Shown: positions 10,698 to 19,655 of the stretch, in pieces
Position numbering within the stretch: position 1 is the stretch's first letter
Layout of the letters: each line of letters starts with the position of its first letter
Origin: an uncultured Spirochaetota bacterium
GTDB taxonomy: Bacteria; Spirochaetota; UBA4802; UBA5550
NCBI GenBank assembly: GCA_963827275.1
Contig: CAWHAA010000007.1
Span: forward strand, 96,001-160,000
Direction: 5' to 3'
Length of the DNA: 64,000 nt
Notes under the pieces: generated by a model
Told to the model about the DNA's origin: nothing
What the model saw: the letters and a program-made list of their open reading frames with translations, nothing else
Database searches by the model: none
Position numbers and translations under genes: made by a program

Positions 10698-11804
10698 ATG
10701 GATATACTGAGCCTGTCGTTCATCTCCGCGGCGTTCATATTTTTTTCCGCGGGCCTGTCGCTCCTGCTGGGTATCGGCCAGCTGTGCGGACGGCGGCGTT
10801 ATTTTGAAAATTATGTCCTCGCTTCGTATCTATTCTGCCTGAGCGTCATCTTTTTCCAGGTCTGCGTGATCGTGAACGACGTCTATCCCGGGCACCCGGG
10901 ACTGCTCGTTTTCCATGCCACCGCCCTCTACTTCATGGCGCCCATCGTCTATTGCGCCGATTACCTGGTGATCCTTCCCGTGGAGAGCATGCCGCGGAAG
11001 ATGGCGCTGCTCTTCCTCCCGGTGGGCATAGGGCTCGCGGCCGATCTCTGCTATATCGCGATGCCGGACGCGGCCAGGGCGGCGCTCCTTGCCGGCCTCT
11101 TTGCCGGGTCAAGCGACGGGCCGGTCGTCGCCGCCCGGCTGGTGATCGCTGGCGCGGGCGTCCAGATGCTGGCATACCTCGCCTTCCTTTTCAGGAAGAT
11201 GGCGACCACCAGGGTGAAGGGAGAGAACATCATGATCTTTTACCTGATGATCTCGAGCGTTGTTGTCGTCGCGGGGCTTGCCGTCATCATCATCCTGGGC
11301 TACCTGCTCGGTTCATACACGCTGCTACGCTGGGGGACAAACCTCACGGGCCTGCTGGTTATCTGCGCCTACCTGGCGAGCCAGCGGTTTCCGAAGATAC
11401 TGCAGCTGCTCATGTTCGAGGCCGAGAAGCGCCACGCGGCCCGGCCGCTGCTCGGCCAGCTCGATGTCGATGCCCTCATCGCCCGCCTGGGGGTCCTTAT
11501 GGATAGTGAATGCCTCTATGCCGATGACCAGCTTACCCTCCGCGACCTTGCCGACGAGCTTTCCATCACCCCGCACCAGCTTTCGCAGCTCCTGAACGAG
11601 CGGCTGCATACGGGTTTCAGCGCGTTTATCAACCGGCGCAGGATCGAGGAGGCAAAGAGATTGCTCCTGGAAGAGCCCGGGAAAACCGTCCTCGTCATAT
11701 CGATGGAGGTTGGATTTAACTCGAAATCGGCTTTCTACGAGGCATTTCTGAAATTTACCGGGATGACGCCACAGGTGTTCAGAAAAAGGGGCGGAGGCGG
11801 ATAA
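10698..11804 (+). CDS. membrane-anchored AraC-family transcriptional regulator
   Basis: N-terminal TM helices; C-terminal AraC HTH (LTLRDLADEL...VGFNSKSAFYEAF). Confidence 0.92.
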   Translation: MDILSLSFISAAFIFFSAGLSLLLGIGQLCGRRRYFENYVLASYLFCLSVIFFQVCVIVNDVYPGHPGLLVFHATALYFMAPIVYCADYLVILPVESMPRKMALLFLPVGIGLAADLCYIAMPDAARAALLAGLFAGSSDGPVVAARLVIAGAGVQMLAYLAFLFRKMATTRVKGENIMIFYLMISSVVVVAGLAVIIILGYLLGSYTLLRWGTNLTGLLVICAYLASQRFPKILQLLMFEAEKRHAARPLLGQLDVDALIARLGVLMDSECLYADDQLTLRDLADELSITPHQLSQLLNERLHTGFSAFINRRRIEEAKRLLLEEPGKTVLVISMEVGFNSKSAFYEAFLKFTGMTPQVFRKRGGGG

Positions 11805-11898
11805 TAAAAAAAATTGCGGAACTTCCTCATTTCGATAGACAGAAATTAATGTTCATGCCAGACTGTCTGGTTGTCCAGAAAATGCCAGGAGCGGTGAT

Positions 11899-13713
11899 TT
11901 GAATCTTCTATCCATCCTTCATTTTTCATCTTTCCTCGTCTATTCGTACCTGGGCATGGCGACCTATCGCCTTAATAAAAAATCGCCCGTGAACAGGATA
12001 ATGCTCCTGCTCTGCCTGTTCCTCGCCGCCTGGGCGGCCTCCTACGGCTTTATGCACGCCACCGTTGACCGGCAGGCAGCCTTTCGCTGGCACCAGGTCT
12101 CGGCCATCGGGTGGAACCTGTTCATCCCCCTGCTCCTGCACCTGTGCCTCCTGGTTGCCCGCAGGGGCAGGTATCTCAAGACCTGGATGATCCTTCTCAT
12201 GTACGGCCCGGCGCTGGCGAATATCATTGTAGCCGTTTTTTTCATGCTGGACCCCGTGATGCTCCGCAGGCTCCCGGGCGGGTGGACCGCCGTGTATGAT
12301 GTCTTCTATCCGCAGATATACCTGTTCGTCGCCTGTTCGGCGGTATATTTCGGTACCGGCATGTACTTTCTGTATAAATGGGGGAGCAAGGCCCATCTAA
12401 AGAGAGAAAGAAAGCAGATGTGGATCATACTTATCACTTCCACCGTATCATTGTTGCTTGCCTTGATCACCGATAACATTCTGCCGGTCCTCAAAATTGA
12501 CGGGATACCGCTTATGGGGCCGCTGATGGGGACCGTCTGGGTGCTGGGCCAGTGGGTGGCGATAAAAAAATACCGCTTGATGACTCTCGACACCTCCATT
12601 GCGGCCAGCGAGATCATCAAGAGCATGAAAGACCTGATGGTCATGGTGAATTATCATGGCAGGATCAGCGACGTGAGCCCCCGCACGTGCGAGATACTCG
12701 GGTACGGCGCCGCGGAGCTGAAAGGCCAGCCGGTCAACATGCTGGTTGCTGAGAAAAAGACCCTGGCAGATGAATTGCGTTACTTTGAAGAGCCCGCCCG
12801 GGAGAACCGTGTTTTTGATATCTACTTAAAGAAAAAAGCCGGCGGCACCATCCCCGTCCGCATGTCCGGGTCCGCGATCCGCGACAGAGAGGGCGACCTG
12901 CTCGGCATCGTCTTTGTCGGGTATGACCTGCGGGAAACGCGAAAACTGCTTGAAATGCAGTCCAGCATTGACCAGGACATGGACATGGCGGCGCACGTGC
13001 AGGCGGGTATCCTTCCCGCGCGGCCTCCCGAATCCACGGAATGGGACCTCTTTTTCATCTTCAAGCCGGTGACGCCGGTATCGGGCGACTTTTATGACTT
13101 TTACATGTCGGGGGACACGCTGCACGGTATTTCAATGTTTGATGTGTCGGGCCACGGTGTGTCCGCGGGGCTCATCACCATGATCGCGAAATCAATCGTA
13201 TTCCGCGTCTTTAAGAACTCGGAGCGCTTTCCCCTGAACAATCTCCTGGAGCGGGTGAACGAGGAGCTCGTCAAGGAGATCGGACACCTTGAAAACTTTC
13301 TGACCGGGGTCATCCTGCGTTTCAAGGGGGACAGCGTGGAGTATGTCAATGCCGGCCATACCCAGCTGCTCTGCAGGCGCGCGGGAGACGGTTCGGTCTC
13401 AATCATCAACCGGGATGACGCCGATTTCAGGGGCCCGTTTCTCGGCGTGCCGGACATGGTGACGAAATTCAAGCTCATGGGATTTACCGTATCGCCCGGC
13501 GACCAGATCCTTATTTATTCAGACGCCCTGATAGAGGCACGGGGCGAGGACAACAAGCATTACGGCCTGGCGCGCCTCATGGACGCATTCAGGGGCGCGC
13601 CCGCCGGCACGTCAAAAGATACGACCGATTATATCATACATGATGTTAAACAGTTCCTCCGCGAGCGGCCGTTCAGGGATGATCTCACCGTCATCCTGCT
13701 TACCAGAAAATAA
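11899..13713 (+). CDS. 7TM-PAS PP2C/SpoIIE-family protein phosphatase
   Basis: TM N-terminus, PAS, SGDFYD, DVSGHGV, YSDAL, DDLT motifs. Confidence 0.92.
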   Translation: MNLLSILHFSSFLVYSYLGMATYRLNKKSPVNRIMLLLCLFLAAWAASYGFMHATVDRQAAFRWHQVSAIGWNLFIPLLLHLCLLVARRGRYLKTWMILLMYGPALANIIVAVFFMLDPVMLRRLPGGWTAVYDVFYPQIYLFVACSAVYFGTGMYFLYKWGSKAHLKRERKQMWIILITSTVSLLLALITDNILPVLKIDGIPLMGPLMGTVWVLGQWVAIKKYRLMTLDTSIAASEIIKSMKDLMVMVNYHGRISDVSPRTCEILGYGAAELKGQPVNMLVAEKKTLADELRYFEEPARENRVFDIYLKKKAGGTIPVRMSGSAIRDREGDLLGIVFVGYDLRETRKLLEMQSSIDQDMDMAAHVQAGILPARPPESTEWDLFFIFKPVTPVSGDFYDFYMSGDTLHGISMFDVSGHGVSAGLITMIAKSIVFRVFKNSERFPLNNLLERVNEELVKEIGHLENFLTGVILRFKGDSVEYVNAGHTQLLCRRAGDGSVSIINRDDADFRGPFLGVPDMVTKFKLMGFTVSPGDQILIYSDALIEARGEDNKHYGLARLMDAFRGAPAGTSKDTTDYIIHDVKQFLRERPFRDDLTVILLTRK

Positions 13714-13870
13714 AAAAATCATCCAGATTCAAAAAAGAAGCAAATCCTTCCGGTTTAAATAATTCCGTCCGGATTTATCATTCCAGACGACAAGATCTGA
13801 AAAGCGGTCTATGATTTAACTGAAATTATCGGTGTGTCGCCCGAAACCACACCGAGGGGGGCGTTGCGGC

Positions 13871-14293
13871 ATGAAAACGATACGCAGTCAAAAGGCGGAC
13901 TTGAAAATGCTTCACGGGAAGAACGGGGCCATCCTCGCAGCGGTGATGAACGCCATCATCCCGCGGGGCGGCGCTTTCCCGCCCGGGGCCGCGGACCGCG
14001 ACCTCCTGGTCCGCGCGGATGAAATGCTGGCGCGGTATGATCCGGCCATCAGGGCCCTGTTCCCGCTGATGCTGAGATACATTCAATATACCGCGGTAGT
14101 GCGCACGGGGCGGGTGTTCACCGCGCTCGATGATACCCGGGGCGCGGCGTTTCTCTCGGCGATGGAACGGAGCCCCTTCTTTTTCCGACGCTCGATCATT
14201 CTCCTGATGAAGCTGGTGACAATGCTTTCGTTTTACGAGGATGATGAAATGTCGCGGCTCACAGGGTACCGGCACGGATGCCATCTCAAATAA
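13871..14293 (+). CDS. small partner subunit of GMC oxidoreductase (gluconate 2-dehydrogenase subunit 3-like)
   Basis: AIIP...PGA and FY...GY pattern; immediately upstream of the GMC gene. Confidence 0.65.
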   Translation: MKTIRSQKADLKMLHGKNGAILAAVMNAIIPRGGAFPPGAADRDLLVRADEMLARYDPAIRALFPLMLRYIQYTAVVRTGRVFTALDDTRGAAFLSAMERSPFFFRRSIILLMKLVTMLSFYEDDEMSRLTGYRHGCHLK

Positions 14294-14319
14294 TCAAGAC
14301 ATGACTACGGGTGGGTGCC

Positions 14320-15840
14320 ATGATTCGAACATACAGGGATTATAAAGACGGCTTTGCCGAAAGCTGCGAGGTCTGCGTCATCGGCAGCGGGCCGGGGGGC
14401 GGCGTGGTCGCGAAGGAGCTGGCCGAGAAGGGCCGCGACGTGGTCCTTCTCGAAGAGGGCGGCCATGTCACCGCGGCGGACTGGGACGGCAGGCCCGCCC
14501 GCGGTCTCAGGGAAATGTACCGCGGCTGCGGGACGACGGGGACCCTGGGGAACCCCTTCATCTCCCTCACGCTCGGGAAGTGCATCGGCGGCACCAGCAC
14601 GGTGAATTCAGCGACCTGCTTCAGAACGCCGGGGCCGGTGTTGAAGAAGTGGCGCGACGAGCTGGGTCTCGGCGCCATGACGGAAGGGACGCTCGCCCCC
14701 TATTTTGACCGGGTCGAGAAGGTCGTCAACGTGACCGAGCTGCCGTGGGACGTGCTGGGAAACAACGCGAAAATCGTAAAGCGCGGGTGCGATATCCTCG
14801 GCTATAACTGCAGGCCGCTCAGGCACAACGTGAGGGCGTGCAAGGGGTGCGGGACCTGCCAGTTCGGCTGCCAGGAGAACGCCAAGCAGAGCGTGAACGT
14901 CACCTATGTCCCGCTCGCGGACGGGTTCGGCGCGCGCATCTACGCGAATTGCCGGGCCGGGCGGATCGTCGTGTCAGGCGGGGCCGCAACCGGTGTCGAG
15001 GCCGTAACGGTCGATCCGGAGACCGGCAGGAGCACGGGGACGGTTTCGGTCAGGGCCAAGGTCGTCGTGGTCTCGTGCGGCGCCATGATAACGCCGTCGT
15101 TCCTCCGGCGGAGCGGGCTGAAGAACCGGCACCTCGGCAGGCACCTGCAGATACATCCCGCCGGCAGGGTCGTGGCGCTCATGGATGAGGTCGTGGAGGG
15201 GTGGAAGGGCGTGTCCCAGGGCGCGTACATCGATGACTTCGAGGGTGAAGGGATCATGATGGAAGGCGTCATGGTGCACCCGTCGCTGCTGCTCGCCGCG
15301 CTTCCCGGCGTCGGCCGCGAACACAAGGAGATCGCGGTGAAGTACAACAACCTTGCCGTATTCGGGGTGATGGCCCACGACGAGACCGAGGGAAGGGTGC
15401 TGAAGGGTTCCGGGAAGAAGGGCGGGGGGATAACCGCCCTCTACCGGATACGGAGGGCCGACACGGACAAGCTCAAACGGGGGATCGCCTACCTTGCGAA
15501 AATATTCTTTGCCGCGGGCGCGCGGCGCGTGTACACCTCGATATCGAGCATGCCGGTGCTCGATTCGGCGGGCGACGCGGACCGCCTCCTTGGCCTCAGG
15601 GTGAAGCCGAACCAGGTCGAAACCATGGCGTTCCATCCCCTCGGCACGTGCCGCATGGCTGCCGGTCCCGCCCTGGGCCCGGTGGGACCCTGCGGCGAGA
15701 CGTTCGAGGTCAGGAACCTCTACGTGGCCGACGCGAGCATCATCCCTACCTCGCTCGGGGTTAACCCGCAGATAACCATCATGGCCCTGTCCAATTACGT
15801 GGCGGACGGCATCGACCGGCGGCTCGGCGCGTCCCGGTGA
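14320..15840 (+). CDS. GMC family FAD oxidoreductase
   Basis: IGSGPGGG FAD motif, GGTSTVN, CxGCGxCxxGC, HPLGTCRM, GVNPQITI. Confidence 0.93.
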   Translation: MIRTYRDYKDGFAESCEVCVIGSGPGGGVVAKELAEKGRDVVLLEEGGHVTAADWDGRPARGLREMYRGCGTTGTLGNPFISLTLGKCIGGTSTVNSATCFRTPGPVLKKWRDELGLGAMTEGTLAPYFDRVEKVVNVTELPWDVLGNNAKIVKRGCDILGYNCRPLRHNVRACKGCGTCQFGCQENAKQSVNVTYVPLADGFGARIYANCRAGRIVVSGGAATGVEAVTVDPETGRSTGTVSVRAKVVVVSCGAMITPSFLRRSGLKNRHLGRHLQIHPAGRVVALMDEVVEGWKGVSQGAYIDDFEGEGIMMEGVMVHPSLLLAALPGVGREHKEIAVKYNNLAVFGVMAHDETEGRVLKGSGKKGGGITALYRIRRADTDKLKRGIAYLAKIFFAAGARRVYTSISSMPVLDSAGDADRLLGLRVKPNQVETMAFHPLGTCRMAAGPALGPVGPCGETFEVRNLYVADASIIPTSLGVNPQITIMALSNYVADGIDRRLGASR

Positions 15841-15981
15841 CCGGCACCCGGCGCAATAATCATTGACAGGGAACCCTTGCCGGGGTATGATTACCGGGCC
15901 ACTACCGGGGGCCCCGGCACGCCCGCGCGGGTCGCGTGGCATGCCGCGGATCTGATGTTATCACAAAGAGGTGCGCCAGTT

Positions 15982-16620
15982 ATGAAAAGCGGAACGAACG
16001 CCTGTATCAACCTTGCCGGCGCAGTCGCGGTGGCGGTCATGCTTGTTTCCTGCTCCACTTCAAAGATTTCGATGAACAGGGCCGAGCTGGAAAAGGTGAA
16101 CACGATTGCCATAACGGATTTTGATGTTGCGCCGGGCCTTCCGGCGATGCTCGCGACCGAGTGCGAGGAGGCCTTTCGCGGCCATTTCCTTGACGCGGGA
16201 AAGAGCGTGGTCGAGCGCGCCAAGCTCAGGACCGTCATGAGGGAGATAGAGCGCTCGCAGTCGGGGCTGGTGTCCAGCTCCGAGGAGATCGGGCGGCTCA
16301 CCGGCGCACAGGCGCTCATGTTCGGCACCATCACCAGGAACGGCGAAGAAACGAAGCGGGTCGAATATATCGAGTACGTGAAGAACCCGGTCACCAAGGA
16401 GACCGACAAGATAAAGAAGACCAGGAGAAAGAAATTTTTTACTTTCCAGCTCCAGGGCCGGCTGATATCAACATCGAGCGGCTCGACCATCCTCACCATA
16501 AAGAATGAGAACCCCGAGCGCTCCTACGAGATGACCGACTCGATGACGCTGAACAGGTTCAGGGAGAACATCCTCAACCAGATGGGGAAAGACCTGAAAA
16601 AGGCGATGGAGAAGAAGTAG
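15982..16620 (+). CDS. lipoprotein, CsgG/HfaB-like fold
   Basis: Lipobox MLVSC; VVERAKL...IGRLTGAQALMFG pattern. Confidence 0.7.
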   Translation: MKSGTNACINLAGAVAVAVMLVSCSTSKISMNRAELEKVNTIAITDFDVAPGLPAMLATECEEAFRGHFLDAGKSVVERAKLRTVMREIERSQSGLVSSSEEIGRLTGAQALMFGTITRNGEETKRVEYIEYVKNPVTKETDKIKKTRRKKFFTFQLQGRLISTSSGSTILTIKNENPERSYEMTDSMTLNRFRENILNQMGKDLKKAMEKK

Positions 16621-16678
16621 CAGCTTGCTGCGAAGGTCCCATGGCGCTTTTGTGATGGCCTGTTATCCGGGTAACCCG

Positions 16679-16854
16679 GGATAACCGATAACTATCGGCG
16701 GGATAACCGATAACTATCGGCGGGATTACCGATAACTATCGGCAGGATAACCGATAACTATCGGCAGGATAACCGATAACTATCGGCAGGATAACCGATA
16801 ACTATCGGCGGGATAACCGATAACTATCGGCGGAATAACCGATAACTATCGGTA
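16679..16854. repeat. tandem array of 8 x 22-bp units, consensus GGATAACCGATAACTATCGGC(G/A)
   Basis: Units start at 16679, 16701, 16723, 16745, 16767, 16789, 16811 and 16833; invariant palindromic core CCGATA-AC-TATCGG; lies between convergent genes. Confidence 0.97.
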
Positions 16855-16907
16855 GATACCCCACCGGCGAGGCCAGCCGGCCCCGCCGTGCCTGTGTCGC
16901 CGCGTAT

Positions 16908-17666
16908 CTACTGGTACGTATCCACAAAGCGGAACATGAAGGCGAACGAGCCGTACCCTTCAACGCCGTGCTCGATCAGGCGGTCGCTCTTGAACCTGTT
17001 GTAAGGCACGATCGCCCTGATGTTGTAGAGCTCCCGGTCCTGCCTGCCGATGTTATACCCGTATTTCACCCCGGCTTCGAGCGAAAGGGAGACGTAGTCG
17101 CCGAGATTGATGTTCACGCCGGCGGCGAGTCCCGCGTCCGCGCCGAAGATGTTGTATTTTACCCTCTCTTTAAACGCGCCGAGCTCATAATAGAAGGGAG
17201 GGGTGAATGTCGATGAAAACAGGGCAAAATAACTCGCTCCCGGCACATCGGTGCCGAAAAAGAGCCGGTCGCTGCTGCCGCGCCGGTAGCTGAAGCCGAT
17301 CTGCGGCCCGATCCAGAACTTGACGTAGTCGTTCTTCACCGCCGCGAATGCGAAGGTGTTGCTCAGGTAGATGCCGTTAAAGTCGGTCTGTGACATCAGG
17401 TCGGACCAGGACTTGCCGCCGCCGAGCTTGAGCCGGAAGCTGAAGTCGCTGTCGCAGGCGACGCAGGTATCGAAAATAAGGCCGGCCTTGAAGCCGTAGT
17501 TGGTGAGTGTGCCGCCGGTGCTGTCAAGGGACCTTGACCTGACCGTGCGGTAGCTTTCGCCGCCGCCCGCCTCGATATACGCGCCGATGCCGAGCGCCAT
17601 CGCGGAAGTGCTGATCAGCAGCACGGACAACCCGGCCATGAAAGACAGAATTATTTTTTTGTTCAT
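16908..17666 (-). CDS. secreted outer-membrane beta-barrel-like protein
   Basis: Signal peptide ending SAMA, Gly/aromatic-rich beta strands, C-terminal FAFMFRF; upstream GGAGGGAGG RBS. Confidence 0.7.
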   Translation of the reverse strand: MNKKIILSFMAGLSVLLISTSAMALGIGAYIEAGGGESYRTVRSRSLDSTGGTLTNYGFKAGLIFDTCVACDSDFSFRLKLGGGKSWSDLMSQTDFNGIYLSNTFAFAAVKNDYVKFWIGPQIGFSYRRGSSDRLFFGTDVPGASYFALFSSTFTPPFYYELGAFKERVKYNIFGADAGLAAGVNINLGDYVSLSLEAGVKYGYNIGRQDRELYNIRAIVPYNRFKSDRLIEHGVEGYGSFAFMFRFVDTYQ

Positions 17667-17980
17667 TGCACAATCCTCCCTCCTGCAGCTTGATTGATAT
17701 TGATTAATATCTGACCGCCGAACAGCTCACCCGGTTCCTGATTTATTTCCTGTGAAACATTATGGATCGAGATGGGACCGGGAGCCTGGAGTAACCATAG
17801 GCCTGCGCCGCTGCCATGTAAAGTGAAAAAAGGGGGTTTATTGTGCGCAGCGAGTAGAGGGGCCGGATCTGCCAGGCGGCCCGTACCGTAAAAATGCCGT
17901 ATCCATGCATGTTTTTGCTGATTTTGACGTTTTTTCCCGCTCATGGGAGGAAAAAAATTATGTCCCCTGCTGAAAAATGC

Positions 17981-18007
17981 TTAAAGTATTGCAGAATTGG
18001 CCGATTA
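17981..18007 (+). promoter_or_regulatory. putative sigma-28 (FliA)-type promoter for flgB
   Basis: TTAAAGTAT...GCCGATTA, close to TAAA-N15-GCCGATAA, about 40 nt upstream of flgB. Confidence 0.5.
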
Positions 18008-18044
18008 CAGTAGTAGCAGAGAAATACCGAGGAGAGGCCCGGAA

Positions 18045-18473
18045 ATGTTTGAGCAGAGCAAGATGATGACGACCAATTACCTCCTGGAAAAGGGGCTCGA
18101 TGTCGAATCCCTGCGCAGAAAGGTGATTGCGAACAATGTCGCCAATGTTGACGTCCCCCACTTCAAGCGGAGCGAGGTCAATTTCGAGAGCGAATTGAAG
18201 CGGGCGATCATGGACCGGGAAGAGAAGGAGAACAAGCTGCCGGCCCTGATGACCGAAGACCGGCATATCCCCTTTTTCGTGCCGCGCGAAGTGACGACGG
18301 TGCGTCCCCGGATACGCCTGGATTACGACACCATCGCGCGCAATGACGGCAACAATGTGGACGCCGAGAAGGAGATGGTCGATGCCGCGAAGAACCTGAT
18401 GCGCTACAATGCCTTCACGACTTCGCTCAACCATAATTTTCGGATGCTCAAGCTGGCGATGAGGACGGCGTAA
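18045..18473 (+). CDS. flgB: flagellar basal-body rod protein FlgB
   Basis: VIANNVANVDVPHFKR and RNDGNNVD motifs. Confidence 0.96.
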   Translation: MFEQSKMMTTNYLLEKGLDVESLRRKVIANNVANVDVPHFKRSEVNFESELKRAIMDREEKENKLPALMTEDRHIPFFVPREVTTVRPRIRLDYDTIARNDGNNVDAEKEMVDAAKNLMRYNAFTTSLNHNFRMLKLAMRTA

Positions 18474-18484
18474 GGAGACAGGCA

Positions 18485-18949
18485 ATGGGAATGTTCGATA
18501 GCTTCAACATATCATCCACCGGGTTGACCGCTCAGCGGCTCAGGATGGACCTGATCAGCAACAATATCGCCAACGCGAACACCACGCGGACGCCCGACGG
18601 GGGCGCGTACCGGAGAAAGCGCGCCATTTTCGCGCCGGTGAACATCCGGCCGAATTACAAGTCACCGTTGGTCCCTGACCGGATCGAGCACGGCATCGGC
18701 AAGGGCGTGCGCGTCGTCAAGATTGAAGATGACCGGTCGCCCTTCCGGCTGGTGTACGACCCGACGCATCCGGACGCGATCAAGACCGGCCCGAAGACCG
18801 GCTATGTCGAGATGCCGAACATCAATATCGTTACCGAGATGACTGACCTGATATCCGCCTCCCGCTCGTACGAGGCGAATGTCCAGATGATAAACAATGA
18901 AAAGACGATGTTTAACAAGGCCCTTGAAATAGGCAGGGGCGGGGTGTAA
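18485..18949 (+). CDS. flgC: flagellar basal-body rod protein FlgC
   Basis: GLTAQRLRMDLISNNIANANTTR, YDPTHPDA, ASRSYEAN. Confidence 0.97.
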   Translation: MGMFDSFNISSTGLTAQRLRMDLISNNIANANTTRTPDGGAYRRKRAIFAPVNIRPNYKSPLVPDRIEHGIGKGVRVVKIEDDRSPFRLVYDPTHPDAIKTGPKTGYVEMPNINIVTEMTDLISASRSYEANVQMINNEKTMFNKALEIGRGGV

Positions 18950-18961
18950 AGGAGGCGCGCC

Positions 18962-19123
18962 ATGTATCGTGAAGTAGCGGCAAACAACGAAGTCCATGTA
19001 TCTCATTTCATGTCAAAGCGGTTCAGGCCGAAGCGGGAAGACCGCATCCTGAGCTTTATCCATGACATGGGAATGACCTCGAAGATAGAGATGCGGTACA
19101 ATGATTGTAAAGGAGTGCAGTGA
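18962..19123 (+). CDS. unannotated 53-aa small protein between flgC and fliE
   Basis: AGGAGG at 18950-18955, ATG at 18962, stop TGA overlaps the fliE ATG (TGATG). Confidence 0.6.
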   Translation: MYREVAANNEVHVSHFMSKRFRPKREDRILSFIHDMGMTSKIEMRYNDCKGVQ

Positions 19124-19452
19124 TGATGAGTATCAGAAATGAACCGATCGGCCACGTGGTCGAGATGCGCACCTCGAACCCGCTCCACTACGGGAACCAG
19201 GTGAAGCGTGAGCCCGCCTATGATGACGTTTCGACCTCGTTCGCCGATTCCCTGATGAAGGCCCTGGGAAAGGTGAACGACCTCCAGACGGACTCTGAGG
19301 ACATGAACCAGAAAATGATCTATGAACCGGAATCGGTTGATATACACACGGTGATGATCGCCGCGCAGAAGGCCGAGGTCGCGCTGAATTTCACGAAATC
19401 GGTCCGGGACGAGGCCATTCGGGCGTATCGGGAGCTGATCAATCTGAGGTAA
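19123..19452 (+). CDS. fliE: flagellar hook-basal body protein FliE
   Basis: DIHTVMIAAQKAEVAL...VRDEAIRAYRELINLR; gene order. Confidence 0.95.
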   Translation: MMSIRNEPIGHVVEMRTSNPLHYGNQVKREPAYDDVSTSFADSLMKALGKVNDLQTDSEDMNQKMIYEPESVDIHTVMIAAQKAEVALNFTKSVRDEAIRAYRELINLR

Positions 19453-19460
19453 TAACCCGA

Positions 19461-19484
19461 AGGGGCGAATAACTATTCGCCCCT
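19461..19484. repeat. REP-like palindrome AGGGGCGAATA-AC-TATTCGCCCCT
   Basis: Perfect 11-bp arms, just downstream of the fliE stop. Confidence 0.75.
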
Positions 19485-19547
19485 CACATGCCGGCATATT
19501 CAATTAATTTTTATGTATATTTTTATCTATATTTTCAGAAAAATTAA

Positions 19548-19575
19548 TTGACATTTTTTTTTATCCTGATAAGGT
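19548..19575 (+). promoter_or_regulatory. putative sigma-70 promoter for fliF
   Basis: TTGACA-N16-TAAGGT in an AT-rich intergenic region. Confidence 0.45.
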
Positions 19576-19655
19576 GTATTATGTCTCATTGTTTCTGCAT
19601 GTTTCAGGATAATCCGTAATGACTGCCATGTCCCATGGCGTCTCAGGAGGACAAT

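Noticed and set aside
12470..12480. Partial CCGATAAC matches (also near 35391 and 44549)
   Set aside because: Only half-sites of about 8 nt, mostly within CDS, compatible with chance
16679..16854. CRISPR array
   Set aside because: Units are contiguous with near-identical 8-nt linkers, there are no unique spacers, and no cas genes are in the window
16679..16854. Canonical parS cluster or sigma-28 promoter array
   Set aside because: It does not match TGTTTCACGTGAAACA. It contains CCGATAA but no correctly spaced TAAA -35, and it lies between convergent genes
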